DNA from: an uncultured delta proteobacterium
GTDB taxonomy: Bacteria > Myxococcota_A > Polyangia > Fen-1088
Direction of reading: 5' to 3'
Length of the DNA stretch: 64,000 nt
Assembly (NCBI GenBank): GCA_963755125.1
Contig: CAVWIP010000001.1
Span: forward strand, 192,001 to 256,000
Shown: piece by piece, positions 39,927 to 49,586 of the stretch
Numbering within the stretch: the first letter of the stretch is position 1
Layout: the number at the start of each line of letters is the position of its first letter
The notes under the pieces: generated by a model
What the model saw: only the letters and a program-made list of their open reading frames with translations
Told to the model about the DNA's origin: nothing
Databases searched by the model: none
Program-made: the position numbers and the translations under genes

Positions 39927-41000
39927 GTGACTTCCGGCGAAGGAACCCCAGCGGCCCAGGATCTGATTTCAGCCTTCGAGTGCTTGATCGCGGAATTTTC
40001 GGCTGAGATCGCCTCACTTTCCAGCGAGCAGGATATGCGCGCGGTTCAGGCGCGCTACCTGGGCAAGAAGGGCAAGGCCACCGAACTGATGAAGGGCCTG
40101 GGCAGGCTGCCGCCATCCGACCGACCGGCAGTGGGCGAAGCCGCCAATCGAGCGCGTGCCGCTGTCGAACAGGCTGTGCAGGCTCGCTTGCAGGATCTGG
40201 CTGGCGCCGACTTGGCCGCCGATCTGGAGCGCAAGATCGACGTGACCCTGCCGGGCCGCGGCCGTCGCGCTGGAACCCTGCATCCGCTCACGCGGGTGCG
40301 GCTGGAAATCGAGCAGATCTTCCACGGCATGGGCTTCGAGGTGCGCACCGGCCCCTGGATCGAGACCGAATGGAACAACTTCGACGCGCTCAACACGCCG
40401 GCTGACCACCCGGCGCGTGACATGCAGGACACCTTCTATGTCGAGGGTGGCTTCATCCTGCGCTCGCACACATCGCCGGTGCAGATTCGCACCATGCTGG
40501 CCGGCCCGCCTCCGGTGAAGATCATCGCGCCCGGCAACGTATTTCGCCGTGACGACGACGCCACCCACACGCCCATGTTCCCGCAGTGCGAGGGGCTGCA
40601 CGTGGATCGCAACGTCAGCTTCGAAGACCTCAAGGCCACGCTGATCGTGTTCGTGCAGCGGTTCTTCGGGCCTGACACCCAGATCCGGCTGCGGCCCAGC
40701 TTCTTCCCCTTCACCGAGCCTTCGGCCGAGGTAGACGCCTCCTGTTTCCTGTGTGAAGGCAAGCAGCCCGCGCGCTCAACCTGCCGGCTGTGCAAGGGCA
40801 CCGGATGGCTGGAGATCGGTGGCTCCGGGATGGTTCACCCCAACGTGCTCAAGGCTGTCGGTTACGACAAGTACAACGTGACTGGATTCGCCTTTGGCAT
40901 GGGCCTGTCGCGCATGGCGATGCTCAAGTACGGGGTGCAGGACCTGCGCCTCTTTTACGAGAATGACCTGCGGTTTTTGCGCCAATTTCCAGCGAGTTAG
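39927..41000 (+). CDS. pheS: Phenylalanyl-tRNA synthetase alpha subunit
   Basis: HPARDMQDTF, HTSPVQIR, FPFTEPS, GFAFGMG. Confidence 0.97.
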   Translation: MTSGEGTPAAQDLISAFECLIAEFSAEIASLSSEQDMRAVQARYLGKKGKATELMKGLGRLPPSDRPAVGEAANRARAAVEQAVQARLQDLAGADLAADLERKIDVTLPGRGRRAGTLHPLTRVRLEIEQIFHGMGFEVRTGPWIETEWNNFDALNTPADHPARDMQDTFYVEGGFILRSHTSPVQIRTMLAGPPPVKIIAPGNVFRRDDDATHTPMFPQCEGLHVDRNVSFEDLKATLIVFVQRFFGPDTQIRLRPSFFPFTEPSAEVDASCFLCEGKQPARSTCRLCKGTGWLEIGGSGMVHPNVLKAVGYDKYNVTGFAFGMGLSRMAMLKYGVQDLRLFYENDLRFLRQFPAS

Positions 41001-41009
41001 GGACGAATC

Positions 41010-43415
41010 ATGAAGATCTCGTTGAACTGGCTGCGGGAACTGGTCGAGCTACCGGCGGGCGCCGATATCGAGGCCGTGACCTGGGCGCTGACCGACCAAG
41101 GGCTGGAGGTCGAAGGCAGCGAGGCAAAGGGCCGCGAGTTGACGGGCGTGCTGGTGGCCGAGGTGCTGGACATCAAGCCGCACCCGAACGCCAACAAGCT
41201 GCGCATCGTGCGCGTGCGCGCGGGCCAGCGCGAGGAGAGCGTGGTGTGCGGAGCACCCAACGTGCCCCCGCCCGGCAATCGCGTGTGCTGGGCCCCGCCC
41301 GGCGCGCGGCTGCCCGGCGGGCACACCCTGGATGCCCGCGAGATTCGCGGTGTGTTCTCGCCCGGCATGATCTGCAGCGAGATCGAGATGGGCCTCTCCG
41401 AACAGGCCGACGGGATCTTGATTCTGCCGCCGACTGCCGAGTCCGGCGTCGATGTGGCCCAGTATCTGGGCGTGGTGGACGACGTGCTGGAGGTGAACGT
41501 CACGCCCAACCGTCCCGATGCCTTGTCTCACCTCGGGATCGCGCGCGAGCTGGCCGCGCACTTCGGCACCCGCCTGCGCCCCATCGATCCTCCCGCGGGT
41601 TCCGAACAGGCCGGCGGGATCACCACGGACGTGCGCATCGACGACCCGGTGGCCTGTCCGCGCTACACGGCCAGCTTCGTCGCCGGTGTCACGGTTGCGC
41701 CTAGTCCCGTGACGATGCGCCTGCGCCTGCAGTACTGCGGGATTCGCGCCATCTCGAATCTGGTCGACGTGACCAACTACGTGCTGCTCGAGACCGGGCA
41801 TCCCTTGCACGCCTTCGATTTCGACAAGCTGGTCGGGCCCATCGTGGTGCGGCGGGCGAGGCCTGGTGAAACCATGACAACGCTCGACGGCCTCGGCCGG
41901 ACCCTGCTGGCGGAAGACATCGTGATCACCGATGGCAGCGGGCCGGTGGCGCTGGCCGGTGTCATGGGTGGAAATAGCAGCGAGATCTCCGCGTCCACCC
42001 GAAATGTTCTGCTCGAGGCAGCGACCTTCGAGCCGCGCAGCATTCGCCGCACCAGCCGCCGTCTGGGGCTGATCTCGGAGGCGTCCTATCGCTTCGAGCG
42101 CGGCGTGGACGCGAACAGCATTCCCTTGGCTGCGCGCAGGGCCGCGGCTCTTTTGGGCAAGCTGGGCGGTGGCCATGTGGTGGCGGGCATGGTGGATCGC
42201 TACCCGCGGCCGGCGCTGCCTGCCAAGGTGAAACTGCGCACCAGCCACCTGCGGCGAGTGACCGGGGTGGACTATTCCACGAACTTCGCGCAGGACCAGC
42301 TTGCTCGACTCGGCATCGCGTGCGAGAAGACGGACGATGGCCTCGTCGCCACGGTGCCCACTTTCCGCCCCGACCTCACCATCGAGGAGGATCTCATCGA
42401 GGAGATCCTACGCATGGGCGAGTATGGCAAGCCCGCGCACAAGCAGCGCATCCGCAGCAACGCCACCTCGCTTGCGAATCCCGAGGCGCCCGCGGATCAC
42501 GCACGCGCGTTGCTGGCGAGCGCCGGCCTGCACGAGATCGTGAGCTGGGCCTTCGTTCCGCGAAGCGCTCTGGCGACGGTGAGCGCCGACGGCGCGCACC
42601 AGGAGCTGGCCGACGGCATCGCGGTGCAGAACCCCATCTCGGCAGACTACGAGGTCATGCGCACCACCTTGCTGCCGGGGCTGGCCGATGCCCTCAAACG
42701 CAATCTCGCGCGCGGGGTCAGTGACGCCTGGTTGTTCGAGGTGGGTCGCGTGGTGCGGCGGTCGGCCCAGGCAAGCGAGGCGCCGATCGAGAAGACTCAC
42801 GCCGCAGGGCTGATCGCCGGCCGACGGGCCGAATGGCTCAAGCCCGGCGAGCCGGTCGACTTCTACGATCTCAAGCGCATCGTCGAGGACCTGTTGCGCG
42901 GTTTCGGCCTGCAGGACGCGCGGTACTGTGCCCAGGCCGGCGTGCCCTTTCTGCACCCGGGTGTCTCGGCCCTGGTCACGAGTCCCGCCGGTGCCGAACT
43001 TGGCACCCTGGGCGAACTGCACCCGGCGATCGCGCGGCGCCTAGGCATCGAGCCGCACGCCTTCTATTTCGAGTTGGCCATCGCGCCCCTCGCCGCGGCC
43101 ACGGCACCGCTGCGCGCCGAGGCGCCCCCGCGGTTCCCCGCCGTGACCCGTGATGTGTCGTTCTGGAGCGACGTCGATCTCTCTGCGAATGCCCAGCGCG
43201 CGGGATTCCTGTCGGCGGATGAGCCGCTCTTGCGCGAGCTGGCTGTGCTGGAGGATTTCCGCGACCCCAAGTACGTCCCGGCCGGCAAGAAGGGGATGCT
43301 GTGGACGATGACCTACCGGGCTGCCGATCGCACCTTGACCGACGCCGAGGCCGACGCCGCACATGCCCGGGTTGTCAAGGCGCTGACTGCTCTTCACGCC
43401 ATCGACATCAGATAG
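41010..43415 (+). CDS. pheT: Phenylalanyl-tRNA synthetase beta subunit
   Basis: MKISLNWL, HPNANKL, TPNRPD, RFERGVD, FPAVTRD. Confidence 0.97.
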   Translation: MKISLNWLRELVELPAGADIEAVTWALTDQGLEVEGSEAKGRELTGVLVAEVLDIKPHPNANKLRIVRVRAGQREESVVCGAPNVPPPGNRVCWAPPGARLPGGHTLDAREIRGVFSPGMICSEIEMGLSEQADGILILPPTAESGVDVAQYLGVVDDVLEVNVTPNRPDALSHLGIARELAAHFGTRLRPIDPPAGSEQAGGITTDVRIDDPVACPRYTASFVAGVTVAPSPVTMRLRLQYCGIRAISNLVDVTNYVLLETGHPLHAFDFDKLVGPIVVRRARPGETMTTLDGLGRTLLAEDIVITDGSGPVALAGVMGGNSSEISASTRNVLLEAATFEPRSIRRTSRRLGLISEASYRFERGVDANSIPLAARRAAALLGKLGGGHVVAGMVDRYPRPALPAKVKLRTSHLRRVTGVDYSTNFAQDQLARLGIACEKTDDGLVATVPTFRPDLTIEEDLIEEILRMGEYGKPAHKQRIRSNATSLANPEAPADHARALLASAGLHEIVSWAFVPRSALATVSADGAHQELADGIAVQNPISADYEVMRTTLLPGLADALKRNLARGVSDAWLFEVGRVVRRSAQASEAPIEKTHAAGLIAGRRAEWLKPGEPVDFYDLKRIVEDLLRGFGLQDARYCAQAGVPFLHPGVSALVTSPAGAELGTLGELHPAIARRLGIEPHAFYFELAIAPLAAATAPLRAEAPPRFPAVTRDVSFWSDVDLSANAQRAGFLSADEPLLRELAVLEDFRDPKYVPAGKKGMLWTMTYRAADRTLTDAEADAAHARVVKALTALHAIDIR

Positions 43416-43464
43416 GTCTAGGCAACCCTTTGACATCAAAGGGATTTGTGGACAACATAGGCGT

Positions 43465-43743
43465 ATGACCAAGGCCGACATAGTTGAAACGGTCTACGAG
43501 AAGGTCGGCGGATTCTCGAAGAAAGAGGCCGCCGAGATCGTGGAGACCGTTTTCGACACCGTCAAAGAGACCTTGGAAAAGGGCGAAAAGATCAAGATCT
43601 CCGGTTTCGGGAACTTCGTGGTCAGGGAGAAGAACGCGCGCGCCGGTCGCAACCCGCAGACCGGTCAAGAGATCACGATCAGCGCCCGTCGCGTGTTGAC
43701 CTTCAAGCCCAGCCAGGTGCTGAAGAGCGCGCTCAACTCCTAG
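43465..43743 (+). CDS. ihfA: Integration host factor alpha subunit
   Basis: MTKADI..KISGFGNF..GRNPQTG..RRVLTFKPSQVLK; conserved position after pheT. Confidence 0.95.
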   Translation: MTKADIVETVYEKVGGFSKKEAAEIVETVFDTVKETLEKGEKIKISGFGNFVVREKNARAGRNPQTGQEITISARRVLTFKPSQVLKSALNS

Positions 43744-43758
43744 ACCAGCAGGAACCCG

Positions 43759-44139
43759 TTGCCCCGGCGTGCCTCCGCTCCCGTCGATCCGAGCACGATC
43801 CCGGACAAGCCCTTCTTCAAGATCGGCGAGGCGGCCCGCCTGTGCGCGGTCAAGCCGTACGTGCTGCGCTACTGGGAAACCGAGTTTCATTCCATCCGGC
43901 CGCAGAAGACGCGCTCGCAGCAGCGGCTGTACCGGCGCAAGGACATTGAGCTGTTGCTCACCATACGCGATCTGCTATACGGGCAGCGCTTTACCATCCA
44001 GGGTGCGCGCGCGCGGCTGCGGGAACTGGGACACGACGAGGGCACGCCGCCGCCGGTGCCGCCGCCGGAAATCGACGTCGAGACCATGAGAAAAATCAAG
44101 CAAGGGCTTCTGGATCTGATACGACTCGTGGAAGAATAG
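43759..44139 (+). CDS. MerR family transcriptional regulator
   Basis: [21 protein letters not shown]; conserved position after ihfA. Confidence 0.9.
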   Translation: MPRRASAPVDPSTIPDKPFFKIGEAARLCAVKPYVLRYWETEFHSIRPQKTRSQQRLYRRKDIELLLTIRDLLYGQRFTIQGARARLRELGHDEGTPPPVPPPEIDVETMRKIKQGLLDLIRLVEE

Positions 44140-44149
44140 AAACAAATAT

Positions 44150-44226
<77 letters not shown>

Positions 44227-44232
44227 AATACC

Positions 44233-45024
44233 GTGTCGTCGAAGCCATTCATTCTCCTCAGCAATGACGATGGCGTGATGGCGCCGGGGATCTCTGCGCT
44301 CGCGGAGGCGCTGGTGGATCTGGGTGACGTGATGGTGGCCGCGCCTGACCGCGAGCGAAGCGCGGCCTCGCATTCCATCAGCTTGGATCGCCCGCTGCGC
44401 GTGGATCAGATCCGGTCCAACGTGTACGCCATCGACGGGACACCGGTGGATTGCGTGTATCTCGCGCTTCTGCACCTGGTGCCGCGCAGGCCGGGCCTGT
44501 GCGTGTCGGGGATCAACAACGGGTTCAACCTGGGCTCGGACGTGTTCTATTCGGGCACCGTGGGCGCGGCCCTGGAGGCCGCCGTGCGGGGGATTCCTGC
44601 CATCGCCCTGTCGGTCGAGCGGCGCTGGCCGCAGGACTTCGCGCCGGCGGCGGGCTTTGCACGGGCGTTGGTGCGGCAGGTGCTGGCCCAGGGGCCGGAC
44701 GCCATCGAAGCGGGCACCCTGCTGAACGTGAACCTGCCCGCTGGCCCGGTGCGCGGATATTCCATGACCAGCATGGGAAAGCGGCTGTACCGGGACCAGG
44801 TGGACGTGCGCGAGGATCTGCGCGGCCGGGCCTACTACTGGATCGGTGGGCCCGAGGAGAAGGGCGAGGACGTTCCGGGCTCGGACAGCGCGGCCGTGCG
44901 TTCCGGCCTGGCGTCGATCACACCGCTCAGCCTGGACCTCACCCACCGTCCGGCCTTGCAACGGATGTCCACCTGGAACCTGGGCACGTTCGCAGAAGGC
45001 GCAGCGCTCAACGCCGGGAAATAG
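44233..45024 (+). CDS. surE: 5'/3'-nucleotidase SurE
   Basis: ILLSNDDG, GTPVDC, SGINNGFN, YSGTVGAA. Confidence 0.95.
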   Translation: MSSKPFILLSNDDGVMAPGISALAEALVDLGDVMVAAPDRERSAASHSISLDRPLRVDQIRSNVYAIDGTPVDCVYLALLHLVPRRPGLCVSGINNGFNLGSDVFYSGTVGAALEAAVRGIPAIALSVERRWPQDFAPAAGFARALVRQVLAQGPDAIEAGTLLNVNLPAGPVRGYSMTSMGKRLYRDQVDVREDLRGRAYYWIGGPEEKGEDVPGSDSAAVRSGLASITPLSLDLTHRPALQRMSTWNLGTFAEGAALNAGK

Positions 45025-45028
45025 CATC

Positions 45029-45736
45029 GTGAGCGCAGGACGCCGATCCGGCGATACGCCAGGCCCAGCGGGGCCGCCGGATCCATTCGTCAGTCTGCGC
45101 GCGACGATGGTGGCGGAGCAACTCGTCCGTCGCGGCATCACCGACGCGCGCGTGCTCGATGCCATGAGTCGGGCCGCGCGCCATCTCTTCGTTGACCGGG
45201 AGCAGGTGGATCTTGCCTACGACGATCGACCCTTGCCCATCGGGTTCGGTCAGACGATTTCGCAGCCGTACATGGTGGCGCGCGCCACCGAGCTGGCAGT
45301 GCCGGACGCGGGCGACGTCGCTCTCGAGATCGGGGTGGGCTCAGGCTATCAGACGGCTGTGCTGGCGCTGCTGTGCGCGCAGGTTTTTGCCGTGGATGTA
45401 GTTTCCGAGCTGGTGGACAAGGCGCGGGCGCACCTGGCCGGTGCGGGCTGCCAGAACGTCACCCTGGCCGCGTTCGACGGGAGTTGCGGCTGGCCCGAGC
45501 ACGCGCCCTACGACATCATCATCGTCTCGGCCGCGACTCCACAGATTCCCGCGCTGCTGCTCGATGAATTGCGCGACGGCGGCCGTCTGGTGGCACCAGT
45601 GGGCGGCTTCGATGAACAGATCCTGACCCGCGTGCGGCGCCGGGGCGACGCATTCGAGACCATGCAGGATGTTCCCTGCCGTTACGTGAATTTGATTGGA
45701 CGCTATGGGGTGGGCCGTGACAAGCCGCAGGCGTAG
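45029..45736 (+). CDS. pcm: Protein-L-isoaspartate O-methyltransferase
   Basis: GQTISQPYMV, LEIGVGSGYQ, APYDII; start GTG 45029 or ATG 45107. Confidence 0.93.
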   Translation: MSAGRRSGDTPGPAGPPDPFVSLRATMVAEQLVRRGITDARVLDAMSRAARHLFVDREQVDLAYDDRPLPIGFGQTISQPYMVARATELAVPDAGDVALEIGVGSGYQTAVLALLCAQVFAVDVVSELVDKARAHLAGAGCQNVTLAAFDGSCGWPEHAPYDIIIVSAATPQIPALLLDELRDGGRLVAPVGGFDEQILTRVRRRGDAFETMQDVPCRYVNLIGRYGVGRDKPQA

Positions 45737-46463
45737 TCGCGGGGTCGCGTGCAGACGATGTGCCCTCTGGGCTGCGTTCGTGCTGCTCGGCCTGGGAGCC
45801 TGCGCCACCACCGCGCGCCCGTTGCACGACGACAACCCGCCGGGAACCTGGCACGTGGTCAAGTCGGGCGAAACTCCGGCCAAGATCGCCAAGGAGGCTG
45901 GGATCCCGCTGGAGGATCTGCTGGAGATCAACGGACTGCGACGGAGCCAGTTGCTCGAGCCCGGTCGGCTGGTGTTCGTGCTGGGCGCCTCGGCCCAGGC
46001 CGGCACCATTCCGCCCGATGCCACGCCTGCGACCACAGCGCTGCCCAACGCGCCCGCCGCGCAGAGCGAGCCGAGCAGCAAGGCGCCCCTACGCTGGCCG
46101 CTGGCCAGGCCCATTCTCACCTCGCCGTTTGGCAAGCGCTGGGGCCGCGACCACGAAGGCATCGACATGAAAGCAACCATCGGGACGCCGGTGCTGGCTG
46201 CGGCCGATGGCGAGGTTCTTTACGCGGGTGACAAGGTGCGAGGCTACGGGAACATGGTCGTGCTCCAGCACGCGGGGGATCTGGTGACCGTATATGCCCA
46301 CAACTCGCTCCTCTTGGTACACGTTGGTGATCACATCACCGCGGGCCAGGAGATCTCGCGCGTGGGCGACACCGGTCACGCCACCGGCCCGCACCTGCAC
46401 TTCGAGGTGCGGCGCAGGCAGGAGCCGCAAGATCCACTGCAATTTCTGCCGCCCCCGAAGTAG
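45696..46463 (+). CDS. nlpD: LysM/M23 peptidase lipoprotein (NlpD-like)
   Basis: Lipobox LGAC, LysM HVVKSGET, HEGID, YAH, GPHLHFE; start uncertain. Confidence 0.85.
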   Translation: MDAMGWAVTSRRRSRGVACRRCALWAAFVLLGLGACATTARPLHDDNPPGTWHVVKSGETPAKIAKEAGIPLEDLLEINGLRRSQLLEPGRLVFVLGASAQAGTIPPDATPATTALPNAPAAQSEPSSKAPLRWPLARPILTSPFGKRWGRDHEGIDMKATIGTPVLAAADGEVLYAGDKVRGYGNMVVLQHAGDLVTVYAHNSLLLVHVGDHITAGQEISRVGDTGHATGPHLHFEVRRRQEPQDPLQFLPPPK

Positions 46464-46472
46464 AAACAGGCC

Positions 46473-47015
46473 ATGCCAGCCGCACCCGAAAGGTTCACAG
46501 GTGATCTTCGTTCCCTGATTCGCGACGTCCCCGACTTTCCCAAGCAGGGGATCCTCTTCCGCGATGTGACGCCGCTGCTGCAGCACGGTCCTGGCTTTCG
46601 CTGCTGTGTGGAACGTCTGTGTGATGGGATCGCGAAGGCGCGGCCGGCCGTGATCGCCGGCATCGAGTCGCGCGGCTTCATCTTTGGCGCAGCGGCGGCC
46701 GCTGTGCTGGGGATCGGCTTCGTGCCCGTGCGCAAACCGGGCAAGCTGCCCTGGAAAACGCGGCAGCAGCGCTACCAGCTCGAATACGGCAGCGACGGCA
46801 TCGAGATCCACGAGGACGCGGTGGCTGCGGGCACGCGCGTGGCCCTGGTCGATGATCTTCTCGCCACCGGCGGTACAGCGGCCGCGGCCTGTCGTTTGTT
46901 GCAAGACCTGGGTGGGCAGGTCGTCCTGGCGACTTTTGTGATCGAGCTAGCCGGGCTGAACGGCCGGGCGAAACTTGGCAAGGTGCCGGTCGAAGCGCTG
47001 ATCACGTATCCCTGA
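46473..47015 (+). CDS. apt: Adenine phosphoribosyltransferase
   Basis: DFPKQGILFRD, GIESRGF, RKPGKLP, VDDLLATGGT. Confidence 0.96.
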   Translation: MPAAPERFTGDLRSLIRDVPDFPKQGILFRDVTPLLQHGPGFRCCVERLCDGIAKARPAVIAGIESRGFIFGAAAAAVLGIGFVPVRKPGKLPWKTRQQRYQLEYGSDGIEIHEDAVAAGTRVALVDDLLATGGTAAAACRLLQDLGGQVVLATFVIELAGLNGRAKLGKVPVEALITYP

Positions 47016-47018
47016 TCA

Positions 47019-47477
47019 TCAGTGCCCGGCCAGCGCGCCGTCGCGGGTTTCGATGATGAAGGTGACCGGGCCGTCGTTCACCAGTTCCACATCCATGTCA
47101 GCGGCAAACCGTCCGCAAGACACCGGGATGCCGTCGGCGGCGATGCGATCGGCGACCCGCTGGTAAAGAGCCTGCGCCAGTGCCGGATCCTCGGCGCGGT
47201 CGAAACTGGGTCGATTGCCTTTGCGGATCGAGCCGGCCAGCGTGAACTGGCTGACTACCAGGCAAGCCCCGCCCGCGTCCTTGAGGCTGAGATCCATGGG
47301 CGTGCGGCCGGGAAAGATGCGAAGGGCAACCAGCTTGCGCGCCAGCACCTCGGCATCGGCCTCGCGGTCGCCTCGCTCGACGCCGACCAGCAAGAGCACG
47401 CCCTTGGCGATGCGTCCGACAACCTCGGCGGAGACCCGGACTTCGGCACGGGAGACTCTCTGGACAATGGCGATCAT
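47019..47477 (-). CDS. dtd: D-aminoacyl-tRNA deacylase
   Basis: VQRV, SQFTL, NDGPVT. Confidence 0.96.
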   Translation of the reverse strand: MIAIVQRVSRAEVRVSAEVVGRIAKGVLLLVGVERGDREADAEVLARKLVALRIFPGRTPMDLSLKDAGGACLVVSQFTLAGSIRKGNRPSFDRAEDPALAQALYQRVADRIAADGIPVSCGRFAADMDVELVNDGPVTFIIETRDGALAGH

Positions 47478-47479
47478 GA

Positions 47480-47556
<77 letters not shown>

Positions 47557-47640
47557 GTGGGAGTGATTCTAACCTGTATGGGCGACGGGCCAAGTCCCGA
47601 TCTTCCGAAGATCTGAACTCTTGCAAGGCTGTCCAGTCTT

Positions 47641-47938
47641 CTACCGCTTCGACCAGTACCGTTGCTGTCGCTTCAAGTGCGCCACCGCCACGACCTCGAC
47701 TTCTTTTTCCGAGGTCTCGCGGTAGACGACAGCAAAGGGGAATCTCCCCCATCAGGTATCTGCGCGTCCGGCGGACCAGGCGCCACCGCTTTGGTGCCTC
47801 CAGCACCGTCGCGGTCGCATCACGGACGGCATCGACGAAAGCCGCGCCCAATCCGGGTGAGCGATCCTCGTACCAGCGTGCCGCCTCCAAAATCTCCGCC
47901 TCGGCCAGCGGATTGAAACGTAGCCGCCTACCGGACAC
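47641..47938 (-). pseudogene. RelE/ParE family toxin, +1 frameshift
   Basis: FNPLAEAEILEAARWYEDRSPGLG; one extra G in the run at 47746-47750; removing it restores RFPFAVVYR..VVAVAHLKRQQRYWSKR*. Confidence 0.85.
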
Positions 47939-48149
47939 GGAAGCGATGCTCGAGCCGCGAGAAAACTTCCTCGGCGGGGATGGTTTTCACGTGCCCGGCG
48001 TCTACGTCCTGGACCCGTCGCTGGATCTCCTCTTCCCACTCGTTCCCAAGACTCCCATCGAGGCTGGCCCATAGATCGTTGATGATCTCCTCGCGCTGCT
48101 CGGGCGAAAGCTTCATGGCGGCTTCCACTATCTCTTTGGGCTGCTGCAT
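47928..48149 (-). CDS. Addiction module antitoxin component
   Basis: AMKLSPEQREEI..LWASL..WEEEIQRR..IPAEEVF; upstream of the RelE/ParE toxin. Confidence 0.85.
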   Translation of the reverse strand: MQQPKEIVEAAMKLSPEQREEIINDLWASLDGSLGNEWEEEIQRRVQDVDAGHVKTIPAEEVFSRLEHRFRVR

Positions 48150-48440
48150 TGACCTAAATTCCAATCGTACCACGCTCTCACAGGTGGCGCCGTTGGAATG
48201 GCTTTTCAGGAAGATTCCGCTCCGCCGCGCCGGACGCGGCCCATTTCTTCACGAAGGCATCAACAGCCGGCGACATCTCGTGAAGCATCGTACCCGACCT
48301 GACAGCGGGGCGGAAGCGGAAGAGCGGCGGAGTCCAATGGTTAGCGCAGTCGCTTCCTGAGTTCGTAGGTTCGTCCCCTCACTTGACCTCGAAGGTCGCA
48401 TCGGACAACCTCGTCCTCAGATCGAGGAAGAGATTGCACC

Positions 48441-49583
48441 ATGGAAAACTTCATCTATCGCAACCCGACGGAGATCCTGTTCGGCAAGGGCATGATTGCC
48501 GAAATCGCCTCGCGTGTGCCGGCGGATCGGCCGGTGCTGATGGTGTGGGGCGGCGGGTCCATCAAGAAGAACGGCGTGTACGAGCAAGTGAAGGCCGCGC
48601 TGGCCAGGCACAAACTGGTCGAGTTCGGCGGCATCGAGCCCAATCCTTTGCACGAGATGTGCATGAAGGCGCTGGCCGTGGTGAAGGACAAGGGCATCAA
48701 GTTCTTGCTCGCGGTGGGCGGCGGCTCCGTGCTGGACGCCGCCAAGTACGTCGCGGCCGCGGCCGTGTTCCCCGGCGTCGACCCATGGGACATCCTGCGC
48801 ACGAATGGCAGCACCGTGACCGGCGCCTTGCCTGTGGGTGCGGTGCTGACCCTGCCCGCCACCGGATCCGAGTCCAATGGCAACGCGGTCATCTCGCGCA
48901 AGAGCAGCAGCGAGAAGCTGCACTTTGCCTCGGACCACGTCTATCCGGTGTTCTCGGTGATGGATCCCGAGACCACGTTCTCGTTGCCGGCCAAACAGGT
49001 GCGCAACGGCATCGTGGACGCCTTTGTCCACGTGTGCGAGCAGTACATGACTTTGCCCGCGCAATCGCTTTTGCAAGACCGCCTGGCGGAAAGTGTGCTG
49101 CAAACCCTGGTTGATGTCGGGCCACGCACGTTGGAGAGCCCGCGCGACTACGCCAGCCGCGCGGACTTCATGTGGTCGGCCACCATCGCGCTCAACAACT
49201 TGCTTTCCTGCGGCGTGCCCGGCGACTGGGCGACCCACATGATTGGCCATGAACTAACTGCGTTTTACGGCATCGATCACGCCGAATCGCTGGCCGTGGT
49301 CATGCCTGGCGTGTGGACCTACAAGCTGGCCGCCAAGTCGGCCAAGCTCGCTCAGTACGGCCGTCGCATTTGGAATGTTGGCGATGCAAAGGCCGCCGTT
49401 GACAAGACCGAGGCATTCTTCCATTCGCTCAACATGCCCACGCGCCTGAAGGCCTTCGGCATCGATGCCGAGGATGCGGCCCGCAAGGTGGGCGAGCGCT
49501 TTCCCAGTCGCAAGTCGGCCTTCGGCGAGCAGGGCGACATCACCGCGGACGCCGCCGCCAAGATCCTGCGCGCAAGAGCGTGA
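48441..49583 (+). CDS. Iron-containing NADPH-dependent alcohol dehydrogenase (YqhD/Bdh-like)
   Basis: GGGS motifs, GIEPNP, TGSE, DAFVH, THMIGHELT, DHA. Confidence 0.92.
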   Translation: MENFIYRNPTEILFGKGMIAEIASRVPADRPVLMVWGGGSIKKNGVYEQVKAALARHKLVEFGGIEPNPLHEMCMKALAVVKDKGIKFLLAVGGGSVLDAAKYVAAAAVFPGVDPWDILRTNGSTVTGALPVGAVLTLPATGSESNGNAVISRKSSSEKLHFASDHVYPVFSVMDPETTFSLPAKQVRNGIVDAFVHVCEQYMTLPAQSLLQDRLAESVLQTLVDVGPRTLESPRDYASRADFMWSATIALNNLLSCGVPGDWATHMIGHELTAFYGIDHAESLAVVMPGVWTYKLAAKSAKLAQYGRRIWNVGDAKAAVDKTEAFFHSLNMPTRLKAFGIDAEDAARKVGERFPSRKSAFGEQGDITADAAAKILRARA

Positions 49584-49586
49584 AGG

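Noticed and set aside
48383..48412. MerR-type operator upstream of the alcohol dehydrogenase (TTGACCTCGAAGGTC)
   Set aside because: Dyad is only 5 bp and I could not place a convincing -10 at the extended spacing
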